A stretch of DNA of 47,428 nucleotides from Octopus bimaculoides (lineage: Eukaryota). This document shows positions 12,018-23,804 of this stretch, in pieces; position 1 is the stretch's first letter; the number at the start of each line of letters is the position of its first letter. A program made the position numbers and the translations under genes. The stretch lies in NCBI RefSeq assembly GCF_001194135.2, contig NC_068981.1, forward strand, positions 171,482,489 to 171,529,916, written 5' to 3'. The notes under the pieces were generated by a model. That model worked only from the letters and a program-made list of their open reading frames with translations. It did no database searches and was not told where the DNA came from.

Positions 12018-13081
12018 NNNNNNNNNNNNNNNNNNNNNNNNNNNNNNNNNNNNNNNNNNNNNNNNNNNNNNNNNNNNNNNNNNNNNNNNNNNNNNNNNNN
12101 NNNNNNNNNNNNNNNNNNNNNNNNNNNNNNNNNNNNNNNNNNNNNNNNNNNNNNNNNNNNNNNNNNNNNNNNNNNNNNNNNNNNNNNNNNNNNNNNNNNN
12201 NNNNNNNNNNNNNNNNNNNNNNNNNNNNNNNNNNNNNNNNNNNNNNNNNNNNNNNNNNNNNNNNNNNNNNNNNNNNNNNNNNNNNNNNNNNNNNNNNNNN
12301 NNNNNNNNNNNNNNNNNNNNNNNNNNNNNNNNNNNNNNNNNNNNNNNNNNNNNNNNNNNNNNNNNNNNNNNNNNNNNNNNNNNNNNNNNNNNNNNNNNNN
12401 NNNNNNNNNNNNNNNNNNNNNNNNNNNNNNNNNNNNNNNNNNNNNNNNNNNNNNNNNNNNNNNNNNNNNNNNNNNNNNNNNNNNNNNNNNNNNNNNNNNN
12501 NNNNNNNNNNNNNNNNNNNNNNNNNNNNNNNNNNNNNNNNNNNNNNNNNNNNNNNNNNNNNNNNNNNNNNNNNNNNNNNNNNNNNNNNNNNNNNGTCAAA
12601 CAAAGCTTTAAAATATATCAAATTATCTCATTGATATGAACATCTCGTAAGGAAATACTTTGTACGATAACAAGCATATCAAATCCTTGAATATGGAACA
12701 TGCTTTGAAAGATGCGTGGTGAATTTTATGTAGTTTTCTATTTATGAACTGACAAATACTCTGATATTGTGCGTCTACGGGCCTGGTGCGATCTTCAGAT
12801 TTATTATTCCTAGCTGTTCTTGCTTCCGTTAATCTGGAGAGCCTGCGGCACATTCCTACATGGAGGATTTGTCGTTGTTGTTATTTGGTCCTAATTCAAC
12901 TCTGTTTGAGTAGACATATTACATACGCAAAGTTATCCTTTCTGTAACCATCGCGTCTTTCCCTTTTGTAAGTTGGGAGTTTACTTTAAAGAAGTTTATC
13001 GACTATTTATAGCAGGAGGTTTTGTTGGCTCGATATGTAGGCGCTAATCGTAAAGATGTAAATTTAAAGTGTGAATATGTT

Positions 13082-13083
<2 letters not shown>

Positions 13084-13162
<79 letters not shown>

Positions 13163-13163
13163 A

Positions 13164-13194
<31 letters not shown>

Positions 13195-13210
13195 TTCTCT
13201 CTATCTCTTT
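13084..13210. repeat. (CT)n microsatellite degenerating into a pyrimidine-rich tract
   Basis: Direct reading. Confidence 0.95.
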
Positions 13211-14552
13211 CTCTCTCTCCCACTCTTTCTCTCCCACTCTTTCTCTATCCCTCTCTTTTTCTCTCTTGCGTTCTCTCCCTCTTTCCTTTTCAGTCTACTT
13301 CTTCACGCCTGTTATTGATGTCATTTACTTCAAATCAGGTCTAATTGAATTTATCTATGATTATGGACATTCCATCCGAGATCATCCCAGCTTATTTTCA
13401 AATATAGTATATCTAGTACTTTACTCTCAAACTTTTTAACTCGTTATGTATGGTGTGTTTTAGAAGAGAATTTGCTATCATTGCTAATAATTCATGCGAC
13501 TGTATAGTCGCTGTAGTCCAACGGAATCTGGCAGTCGCTACTGTAGAGATGAGCAAGGTGGATTCAGTCAGGATGAGCATTCGATACACGACAACAGACA
13601 CTTTCTTATTACTATACTTGGCAGTAACTTCAACCACAGAAAATTTTGGAGAATTAAAATATATTAAAACACATTAAAATAGATTGTTTTTGGTTTTTGC
13701 TTTGATTTTTTTTTTTTTTTTTAAATTTTTTTTTACATGATGTTCCATATAGACTTCACAAGTAAAAGAGAATACCTTACAACTCCCGGAAATTTAAATA
13801 CACCATTCAAGATTGAGAAGCTAAATACAAAAGAAGTAATCCATTGGAGCTTCAATGAAATGAACTGATACAAGCATAATCTGCTGAAATTGTCAAATGC
13901 ATTATTTAAAGATGAAGCGAGGGTGATCATATTGTACAAATAACTTTATTTGCCTGAATAACTCCTTAGAAAATGTAATGTCACTGTCGGAAATATTGAC
14001 AGGAAGTGAAGAGAAGGTAAATCTGACTAAATTTCATGATAAGAAGACTAACAAAGAGATGAGAATTCTTGATCAAAATGTCTGTTTTAATTAAATGATA
14101 TACGTAAAACTTGAACTCAAATGAGAACTTCAGGAAGGGTTGCAAACAGGAAAAAAAATTGCTAAGCTGGCATGCAGTTTGTCTTAATATGTATTAAGTT
14201 ATTGCAGGATCCTCCAAAGATTCACGTGGGGAAAAACAAAGTTGTATCTTAGGATCTAGAAACGAAAGTGCAAAACTTAGAAATTTGAGACCGAAGGGGA
14301 AAACATTTTCTTAAATTTGTTGATAGCGACAAAAATATTTAAAAAAACAGCTAGGAAAGTAAGAAATAATATGACATTTATTTAAACAATATTGGCACAA
14401 ACCAGAAATCTGTTAGAATTTAGTATAATTGATTGAATACTCATGAAGGATTCGAAGAAAATGACGTGTTTGACAATATTTGAACTGAAAATGTACTCAC
14501 GGTATTTATCAAGACATTAACATATTACATTGTCATATAACCATTGTCATAT

Positions 14553-14703
14553 AACCCCGTAACTTAGCGGTTCAGCAAAAACACCCGATAGAATAATTAC
14601 TAGACTTCCAAATAATAAGTCATGGGGTCGATTTGCTAGACTAAAGACGATGCTCCAGCATGGCTGCAGTCAAATGACTGAAACAAGTAAAAGAGTAAAA
14701 GAG

Positions 14704-14706
<3 letters not shown>
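14553..14706 (+). mobile_element. SINE family B, 3' portion
   Basis: CCCCGTAACTTAGCGGTTCAGCAAAA..CAGTCAAATGACTGAAACAAGTAAAAGAGTAAAAGAGTA is the reverse complement of the 3' half of 41364-41805. Confidence 0.85.
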
Positions 14707-14784
<78 letters not shown>

Positions 14785-14848
14785 TGTCTGTGTGTGTGTG
14801 TGCGTGTGTGTGTGTGTGTGCGTGCGCGTGCGCGTGCGCGTGCGCGCG
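14705..14848. repeat. Compound (TAGA)n(GT)n(GCGCGT)n microsatellite
   Basis: Direct reading; it starts at the SINE B tail. Confidence 0.95.
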
Positions 14849-14993
14849 TAAAGGAGAAATGTACGGGTATGACTCCTTTACTATTTACCACACTTGTAGA
14901 AAAGCATAAAAATAGCACAGAAGCCTTGAGAATATGCGATAACAAAGACAGGTAATAAAATGGAAATAGTTTGGAATATTAATCCTAAGTAAT

Positions 14994-15082
14994 GCGGCGA
15001 GCTGGCAGAATCGTTAGCCAGCTGGAGTTGAGGTAATCGACTTACCCTAAAATTGCTGACCTTGCTCCAAAATTTGAAACCA
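14994..15082 (+). mobile_element. SINE family A, internally deleted
   Basis: GCGGCGAGCTGGCAGAATCGTTAGC is joined to TAATCGACTTACCCTAAAATTGCTGACCTTGCTCCAAAATTTGAAACC. Confidence 0.75.
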
Positions 15083-15146
15083 ATAGTAATTCTAAACAAG
15101 TGCACTCAGAGAGCGCAACCCTCCGCCAAGGCAATACCAACGTCCT

Positions 15147-17031
15147 GATTTCTTTTATTAAGCACAAGACCTCTTATAAAGATGGGACAATACAAAGACA
15201 TACAAAACAATACAGTGGGTTACACAAAATATATAACGGATGAAATTATGAATAAATGATAAATGAGATGAAATGACTTGCCTGCCCACCACAAGCAGGC
15301 AGTTCCATTTTACTGTTTATGTATCACACAGTTCATTATTCTTTTTTTTTCCATCATTTTTTTTAAAGTCCTTAATTTAAAATTTTAAATATTTCACTTA
15401 CTTTCCTTTATATTAGATATTCCACTATGTCATCAAATACCACTACCGGTAGCGACTCATTAAATCGAGACTGTAACGGCGATATCTTTACCATTTCCCC
15501 GAATAGTTCCTTCAACCTTTCACACTTCTCTTTTACAAGCAAGACTTCATTAAATCCTTCATTGCACTCCCTGGGCGCCAATTTCCCCCTAATTACACTT
15601 TTCATTTTCGTGATCTGTTTTTTTTTCAATTTCAACATTTTTTCTGTACTGTATCATAGTTCTTAATTGTTTTCCCTTCAGTGTTACTTTCTGATTTCAT
15701 CTCTAATCTCTTCTTCTGTTGCTGGTGTTTCTATCTCTTTCTCCTCTGCTTGTCTCTCATACGATGTTACTGTCATTTCTCTTCTCTCTTCCTTTTTTAC
15801 CTGTCCATTTACTTTCTCCCCCGTGCTAATTGCTGGTATCGCTCTCTGTTTTCTCTCTTCGTCTTTCTCGCTTAATTTTGCCGACATCTCGTTTCTTTTC
15901 TGCTCGTTCGTTTTTCCTCCTTTTAGTAACCCTTGTCTCTCCTCTACACTTCATTTTCTTTTCTTCATGGGACTCTTTGGTGGTGAGTCCGCGTTTTCTT
16001 GTCTTTTCTTCCTCTTCACCACTGTATTTCTTTCTTCCATATTTTCCACTGCCCTCTGTTCCTCTACACCTTGTATCTTTACCTCTCCTTGTTGTTCCAT
16101 CTCCGTCACCTCCTCTTCGTGTTTCTGGAGACACTTAGCTTTTATGTGTCCCCGTACTCCGCACTGAAAACATATGGGAGGTCTACCCTCCACTACAACT
16201 CTTAGCTTCGTCTCGTCCGATAACACTAAATCCTCTACAATTTTGTGGAGGTCTGGTAAACTGATGTGGACCGTCGCCTCAAAGCCATATCCCCAGCAAT
16301 TTACCTCCGTAGTTCTTGTGATTTTAAGTATTTTAGTCTCCTCTTCTGTATTATAGAGGATGGCTGCCACCAGCCACGCCTCGTCAATGCCTGGGGGCAC
16401 TCAACCAATCCTCACTCTGGCCGCACGTTTGCCACAGTAGGTTGGTAGTAGTACCCACTCAGTTGATCTCAAAGGCACAATGGAGTGCTTTATCGCTTCT
16501 TTGTTCACTCACGAAACGTACCTCCACTGTACCATATTTCTTTCCTCTGGTGTATTACGTAGTTAAGCTTTTGATTTCTTTCAAGCATTCTTCGACTGCC
16601 TCTGCTGCAGCTATTTCAACTCTTTATGTAGCGATAGACAGTGTCCTTAGATACTATCCTTTTTTCTGTTTTTTCCATAAGTTCCTTGGGCGTCAGCCTC
16701 AGGCTGTCTTCCTCCTTTCGTAACAATTCATTATATTTCTTAAAATTTGTGTCGTTCAGTTGAATTTCTCTAACATGCAGGATATCTGCCGTTAGACTAT
16801 TCTCAGTTACTGCAGCGTAACTGCCTGCTGGAACCCGTTGACTTTCCATAATGTTGTTATTCACGACTCCACCCATAAATGGGGAAGAAAATAAAAATTC
16901 ACAGGTAACAATAAATTTAACAATTCAGTAATACAACAATTAGGTGCAGTAGATCTTCAACAATTTAAACAACAAGACTAATATGAAGCGAACACACATC
17001 AAATGCAACAGGTAATCAAATGACTGGACAA
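15147..17031 (-). mobile_element. ORF1-only L1/Tx1-like non-LTR retroelement with 15-bp TSD
   Basis: Direct repeat CAATACCAACGTCCT at 15132-15146 and 17032-17046. Minus-strand AATAAA lies ~10 nt from the 3' junction. There is ~155 bp of 5' UTR, a decayed ORF1 and ~260 bp of 3' UTR; no LTRs and no room for ORF2. Confidence 0.8.
15408..16876 (-). pseudogene. Frameshifted gag-like ORF1 (L1/Tx1 type) with CCHC zinc knuckle
   Basis: Joined frames give GSYAAV..., RGKKYGTVEVRFVSE.EAIKHS..., RVRIG*VPPGIDEAWLV..., VEGRPPICFQCGVRGHIKAKC (CX2CX4HX4C), a K/E-rich linker, and a tail ending ..VVFDDIVEYLI* at 15408. Several stops and frameshifts are present. Confidence 0.8.
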
Positions 17032-17366
17032 CAATACCAACGTCCTCTCAGCGATTAGCCAGAGATGGTTTTTAAAATGAGAATATCTGAAATAAACTCG
17101 ACTGCTCTCACAAACGAGAACATTGAAAATGAACCCGATCGCTCTCGAACATTAAATAAAATTACAGGGAAAAAAATCCAGAATTCTTGTCCGGTACTGG
17201 ATCGATCCCAAAATATAATCAGTTCGTAGCAGTCCTGAGGCTAAACATCCCTGAAAGTTTCACCCGAATCCATCCAGCGGTTCTTGAGATATCTTGTCCA
17301 CTGACAAACAAACAATAAGTAAACACGACTGAAAACAATACCTCCTTAGCGAAGGGGAGGTAATAA

Positions 17367-17576
17367 GGCAGCAAGCTAGCGGGATCGTTACCTTACTGGA
17401 ACAAATACTTAGCGGTATTTCTTCTGCCGTTACGTTCTGAGTTCAAATTCCGCCGAGGTCGACTTTGCCTTTCATCCTTTCAGGAACGATAAAATAATTA
17501 CCAGTTAAGTACTAAAGTTGATGCAATCGATTTACCCTCCCCTGAAACTGCTGATTTTGTGCCAAAATTTGAACCA
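17367..17576 (+). mobile_element. SINE family A
   Basis: ..CTTAGCGGTATTTCTTCTGCCGTTACGTTCTGAGTTCAAATTCCGCCGAGGTCGACTTTGCCTTTCATCCTTT.. ending TTGTGCCAAAATTTGAACC. Confidence 0.88.
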
Positions 17577-17645
17577 ATATGAATTCTAAATGAGGCAGAA
17601 ATTTATCATAAATGAAAAATAGGTACATAATATTAAATTTGCTGT

Positions 17646-17811
17646 TATTTCGTCTGTGTTCACGTTCTGAGTTCAAATTCCGCCGAGGTCGACTTTTCCT
17701 TTCATCCTTTCGGGGTCGATAAATTAAGTACCAGTTGCGCAATGGAATCGATCTAATCGACTGGCCCCCTCCCCAAAAATCTCGGGCCTTGTGCCTAGAG
17801 TAGAAAGGAAT
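17646..17811 (+). mobile_element. SINE family A, 5'-truncated
   Basis: GTTCTGAGTTCAAATTCCGCCGAGGTCGAC..CATCCTTTCGGGGTCGATAAATTAAGTACCAGTT..GGCCTTGTGCCTAGAGTAGAAAG. Confidence 0.88.
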
Positions 17812-17940
17812 ATTAAAGTTGCCATAATATTAAAGTTAGGTGAGTTGATTACAGGCTTTCTGCGAGTCAATTCTTACATTTATGTTACATTTAAGATAAC
17901 AATAGCACTAAAGAAGAGCATGAGCAACTCGTATGAAACA

Positions 17941-18163
17941 ATTACCATGGTATATTTTTGATTACCTTGGTATATTTTTGATTACCATGGTATATTTTTG
18001 ATTAACTTGGTATATTTTTGATTACCATGGTATATTTTTGATTACCTTGGTATATTTCTGATTACCATGGTATATTTTTCATTACCTTGGTATATTTTTG
18101 ATTACCTTAGTATATTTTTGATTACCATGGTATATTTTTGATTACCATGGTATATTTTTGATT
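17941..18163. repeat. 20-bp minisatellite, 11 units (ATTACC[A/T]TGGTATATTTTTG)
   Basis: Units are directly adjacent with no spacers; counted from the sequence. Confidence 0.97.
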
Positions 18164-18352
18164 CGAAGAACTAGTTAATTAGAGTCCAAATCCCTGGTTA
18201 ACTATAAGATTCTATTGTTTGAAATGACCCAACGGTTAATGTAAACTGCCATCAGAATTTATCAGTTATCCAGAACAACGTACGTTACTGCCTACGCAAG
18301 AAAAATAAATACATACATACACACGTTTTGTTATTAACTTACACATGCATGC

Positions 18353-18580
<228 letters not shown>

Positions 18581-20204
18581 TATGCACATACACACATGAA
18601 CAGTCACACTCACTCTAAAAGTGAATATTATTTAAAACGGATAACGCAAAAAGAAAAAAATGCAAGTCACCCATACATACATACATACATACATACATAC
18701 ATACATACATACATGTATGAGTGTGTGTGAGTGTATGGGAGTAAGTTAAGCGTGATGAAGGGAAGGAGGAAGAAAGAGAGATAGAGAGAAAAAAATTTAA
18801 GTCACTATAAACTTGCACTGATGAAATATAAACATCGAAACAAAATTACGGAAAGCGAAGCTTTTCATATACACTTCCGAGCAGTTAATTCTCAATTTCT
18901 TTTCGTGTTTAATAATGAACGTAAATGCCCTCTATCGCTGAAAATGAGAAAACAAAATGCATAAAAGAATATTTAAAACAAAAAAAAACAAACCAACAGG
19001 AGTACAGCGTGACAAAATAAGTGTGAGAAATATGCAACACTTTTATTGATGGAGAATCTCTTTTGCAACAAATCACAGAAAATCAATGAAAAACAAGATT
19101 CTTAAAAATGTTCGCCATTTATGAGGCCCTGACTATTTCAAGCATAAAATTAGACTGGTCGCGCTATTGCAGATTACCATTTTTTTTTTTTTTTTTTTTT
19201 TTTTGCAATATTCAGTGGCTTCACCTCAATGAAAAAAGAACTCCCCAGAGTCTGAATAAAGGCGCATTTCAACTTTGCTGAAGGTTCCGGTGGGAAAAAA
19301 AACCTTCATTCTCAGCAAGCCTTTATGTGTGTATGTGTGTATGTATGTGTGTGGGTGTGCGTGTGTAAATATATGTATGTATATGTATATAGGCATATAC
19401 ATACATGCATACATACATAATATATGCATGCATGTAGGTTGATACGTAGTTATAGATATAGATATGTAGATATAAACATTCACGTCAGTTCACTTTGATG
19501 TAGAAATAAACAGATCTGTTCAGGAAGTCATCAGTAATACGATCGTATCAAATTCAGGAAAGATGGTATTTTTCGTTGCCTTGTTCATTCTATAATATTG
19601 GTAGCAAATCAATTCATGAGTTTCATGATCTCTTCACATCTCGACGATACAGTGAAAAAGTTGTTTGTTATCTTATCTGCATTTTTTTCTCTAATTAAAC
19701 ATTTTTAAGAGGAAACCTATGCTCGTAAAATTGTAATTGCATTTCCCAGGGAAGTTGCTATTTTATTTTTGATACAAATAAAATTACGCAATTCTGTATT
19801 GATGATATAAAAACGGCGTAAGCTTTTTTAGTGTAATCAGTAAACTCACGTCGCCCAGCAACTGATTTAAAAGACTGCAAGGCAACACCGAATAACTCTA
19901 GTTCATTTATTCAAAAAATATTTGATGTGTGTGCACATATATATACATACATATATNNNNNNNNNNNNNNNNNNNNNNNNNNNNNNNNNNNNNNNNNNNN
20001 NNNNNNNNNNNNNNNNNNNNNNNNNNNNNNNNNNNNNNNNNNNNNNNNNNNNNNNNNNNNNNNNNNNNNNNNNNNNNNNNNNNNNNNNNNNNNNNNNNNN
20101 NNNNNNNNNNNNNNNNNNNNNNNNNNNNNNNNNNNNNNNNNNNNNNNNNNNNNNNNNNTTTATATTCATATATATGTGTGTGTATGTATGTGTATATGTA
20201 CGTA

Positions 20205-20236
<32 letters not shown>

Positions 20237-20263
20237 ATTTATATTTATATATATATATGTATA

Positions 20264-20320
<57 letters not shown>

Positions 20321-22043
20321 CATTACGATTTTTGTTACATGTGCATTTTCGTGGTTTATCTCTTTTTCTGTGGAATCTAGCTTACAAATCAATAAAATGA
20401 AATAATAAAGCGACACAATACTGCTTCATAAAATGCCAGTAACCAATCAAGAAAAGGTTTAAGTTCATTTCGTGACCTTACAGCTAGATGTGAACTTTAG
20501 AAAATAAAAAAATAAAAAGTTCGTACTTTTTTCTTTTTTTCTCCAGATTTTGTTTTTGTACTGAGAAATATTTCCTTGTCCTATTTGTCATTTGTGAAGC
20601 TAAAAAAAAATTGTTTTCACTAAGGTTTGTGATTTTCAACGACTTGAATGATTCCAACTTAAGAATCTTAACAATCATAAATCTTATTCTCGGTTAATTT
20701 TCTTACTTGTTGGTATTGTTATTTTTGTGTCTTTTCCTTTTATCAAATCTATTTTTCTTTTAGGTAAATTTCATTATGATTTGAAAATAACATAAAAATA
20801 TTTTGATTGTAGAACGGAGGCTAAATTCCGGTGACTTTTGCAATGTTTGGTTCTTTCTTCATTCTTTATTAATATTTCTAACCAAGAAAGAAAAGTAATT
20901 TAAAATGAAGAAAGCAGTTCAACAGGAACATATAAACGAACTATTTCACTAAGGACATTTACTGCGTTTATAATCATTAAAATTCTTGTGATTAACAAAA
21001 AGGAAACGCCTCCATATTCCTTCCTACACCTTAATCTTACTCTTGATCAACAGATTTCTTTAGGATCAGATACAATAAAAGGTATATATACAAATGTATA
21101 ATGTATACACTACATTGTGTAAGTGTACGATTCTCATCGTGGACAAGCCACCTATAATGATTATCAATCATATCCCCTTCAAACTTAAATAAAAAATACA
21201 GTTAGATTCCACAATGTAATCTATGATATACAAAGAGATAAGCTTGATCATAGCCTGATCTGTGGCTAAACAACAAGAAGTGTATTGTAATCTACAACGC
21301 AGCGTAGGTAACCAAATGGTCTGGGTAATGAGCGACCAGCTGAGACGTAAGCAGTTCGAATCTTTAGGGACACAAACAGTTGATTCTTAAATGCCACAGT
21401 CAGCGCAGCTGGGAATAGGTAACACAGGGTACAAAGAACCATCACTTCGACTGGGAAAAGCCTTGTAAAATTGAAAAGTAGTTTATTCGTTTTCAGGACT
21501 CACTTCAACTCTTCACATACATAGGCATTTTAAAGGTCCTAGGATTCAAGTCGTGATTGTCTTGCCTTTATAAAAAAATTACAAGCTGATACTCAAATGA
21601 AAAAAAAGAAACTGAATATACATGCATAGATATATACATAATTAAAAGTAAAACGGAAATAGATTGGAAACTAACCAAGTGTCACTTAGCATCCAAGAAA
21701 GCTTAGCTTCCGAGAAACTCCCCTTTTAGGCTTTAAATTGTCGTCTTGTGGCTTTTCAATTTTGTGGGTGTCCTAGGAAGTTCAAATGATCATGTGTTTA
21801 ACATTAACTCCAATCTAAAATGCGTACAAAAAGCCGAGGCAAACATGTTTTAATATTCCCGCAGTACGATTATGAGCTTCATTCTCACAGAGATTCGGTG
21901 ACGAAGAAGGATTATGAATTTTAATTAATACATTCAGAAATTTCGATATCCTCGGATTGCCGTTTGATTACAGTGTTTGATCATTTGTTTTGAAGTCTTT
22001 GAGGTTTTTCTTCTTTTAATTTTTACTTGTGTGTGTGTGTGTA

Positions 22044-22225
22044 CGAGGGATAACGAGAAGCTCCTCGGTTTGAGTAAAAGAAAATACAGGAAGGTCAGTT
22101 AATTCAAACACTTATAGCAGCGGTCCTTCAGTTTTCTAAGCCCTCTAAAAGAACTCCGAAGTTTGAGCGTCAAACCAGGCTTTTCTTGATATTTTTAAAG
22201 CCAGAAACTTTTCAGCACCCCCTTG
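22044..22225 (+). mobile_element. Mariner-derived MITE, copy 2
   Basis: TA-CGAGGG.. start and GCCAGAAACTTTTCAGCACCCCCTTG end. The interior AAGAAAATACAGGAAG..CCTTCAGTTTTCTAAGCCCT matches copy 1, with an internal deletion. Confidence 0.75.
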
Positions 22226-22317
22226 TGTAAATATATATAGATATATATTCCTAAGTCATGAGACTTGGCGAATCGGTGTTATCTATACATATTCTTGTAA
22301 GAAACTTAAAATAATCA

Positions 22318-22520
22318 TTTCTGCTAAAGGCACAAGGCCTTAAATTTTGCAGGCGGGGACTAGTCGATTACATCAACCCCAGTGTCTCACAGATACTAAA
22401 TTTATCAACCCTGAAAGAATGAAAGGCAAAGTTTACCGTAGCGGAATTTGAGCTCAGAACATACAGGCGGATGAAACGCCGCTAAGCCCGTTACGCTAAC
22501 GATTCTGCCAGCTCGTCATC
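22318..22520 (-). mobile_element. SINE family A
   Basis: GGCACAAGGCC..GAAAGGCAAAG..GGAATTTGAGCTCAGAAC..CTAACGATTCTGCCAGCTCG is the reverse complement of the family A pattern. Confidence 0.85.
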
Positions 22521-22539
22521 TTAAAATAATACCTTCCTA

Positions 22540-22950
22540 CAACCTCTAGTGTACCCATATATACAAAGAATCTTGATAAGTCATAATAAAACTTTCAACC
22601 AACACAAATTGTAACTTCAGCATGGACACATTTACTACTTGAATCCATATACAATTTTCCTGCTAACATCCAACATTAATGAATATTTCTATCTACATAA
22701 ATACACATGCCGGGCTAACTTCCTTTATTAAATCAGAAAAAGAAACGGTCTCCACTATATCTTCATCTCCGCCCTCACCATACAAACGTATACTCACCGC
22801 ATTCCTTCTCCATCTCATCTTCTAATAAAACCGATTCTTTTTTCTGCCTACAACCCTCACATTTCTTGTGCGCATTCAATTTTTTCGCTCATCTTATATA
22901 CATCCAATTCTTTCCTAAATACTCTCCATGAAGAAATGTGCTCTGCTATA
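22540..22950 (-). pseudogene. Possible highly decayed LINE endonuclease (APE) fragment
   Basis: Frameshifted remnants IECAQEM, GEYTFVW and NVGC resemble ICCVQEV, Y..FW.G and QVGC of RTE-type APE domains. Many stops. Confidence 0.3.
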
Positions 22951-23305
22951 TTGAAAGATTAGTATTATGTAATCCTTCGAACATTATTTTCTTATATTTT
23001 CATTCTTTAGGTTTTTGTTTTTGTAAAGATATTTAGTCAGAGAGATTGTAATGGGTTTCATGATTTTCCAGTCTCACTCGTATCTATACTGTTTCCTTCT
23101 TGGCCCTGGATTTATACAAGTCTTTCTGAATTATCTCCTAAACACTGTTAGAAATAATTCATCATCGGAACCGGTAATATGATGTTTGCAGATAATCGCG
23201 GTAATGAGCCAACACAAGAATAGATAGAGTGAGTGGTATGAGTTTTAACAAAGGTATTTTTAGTATAGCGCGTAAAAGGGAAGGGAAACAATCATTGACG
23301 TTTCG

Positions 23306-23339
<34 letters not shown>

Positions 23340-23349
23340 NNNNNNNNNN

Positions 23350-23459
23350 GTACTTATTTCATCGGTATCTTTTGCCGAACCGCTAAGTTACGGGGACGTA
23401 AACACACCAACATCGGTTGTCAAGTGATGCTGGGGGGGGACAAACGCAAACACACAAAC

Positions 23460-23498
<39 letters not shown>

Positions 23499-23659
23499 TA
23501 CAACAGGCTTCTTTCAGTTTCCGTCTACCAAATCCACTCAAAAGGCTTTGGCTGAGGCTATAGTAGAAGACACTTTCTCAAGGTGCCACGCAGTGGGACT
23601 GAACCCGGAACCATGTGGTTGGTAAGCAAGCTACTTACCACACAGCCACGTTTGCACCT
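23350..23659 (-). mobile_element. SINE family B with internal (TAGA)n
   Basis: GAACCGCTAAGTTACGGGGACGTAAACACACC..TTTCAGTTTCCGTCTACCAAATCCACTCA..GTGCCACGCAGTGGGACTGAACCCGGAACCATGTGGTTGGTAAGCAAGC. Confidence 0.9.
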
Positions 23660-23666
23660 ATATATA

Positions 23667-23804
23667 TATTATTCTTACACAAGAATGGTGTTGACAGTGA
23701 CTTCGAATTTTCAGCCGGCTAAGTCATTGTCGGACTGCCGATGATGGCTTAGCTGGCCGAAAGTTCGAAATCACTATCAACAATATTCTTGTATAAGAAT
23801 AATA
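23667..23804. repeat. 138-bp foldback palindrome (67-bp arms, 4-nt loop)
   Basis: 23667-23733 versus the reverse complement of 23738-23804 shows 11 differences, 10 of them transitions. Confidence 0.92.

Larger units (their letters stand above)
15095..17366 (-). mobile_element. Non-autonomous Helentron-type element (HINE/DINE-1-like), split by a nested retroelement
   Basis: Minus-strand 5' end TTATTACCTCCCCTTCGCTAAGGAGG (17366-17341) is followed by a GTTT-type tract. The 3' end has subterminal CCTTGGCGGAGG (15131-15120), a hairpin GCGCTC-TCT-GAGTGC (15115-15101) and a terminal TTGTT. The body is ~370 bp once the insert is removed (15095-15146 plus 17047-17366). This architecture matches Helentron-associated elements. 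Confidence 0.75.

Noticed and set aside
17941-18163. Possible CRISPR array
   Set aside because: The repeats are contiguous with no unique spacers, no cas genes are present, and the context is eukaryotic.
21301-21370. A box/B box-like spacing (TAACCAAATGG..GTTCGAATC)
   Set aside because: No cloverleaf can be built; at most a decayed SINE head, not a tRNA gene.
23738-23775. CCGATGA..GGCC-GAAA hammerhead-like string inside the long hairpin
   Set aside because: U4 is changed, no stem I partner exists, and the sequence is sequestered in the foldback.
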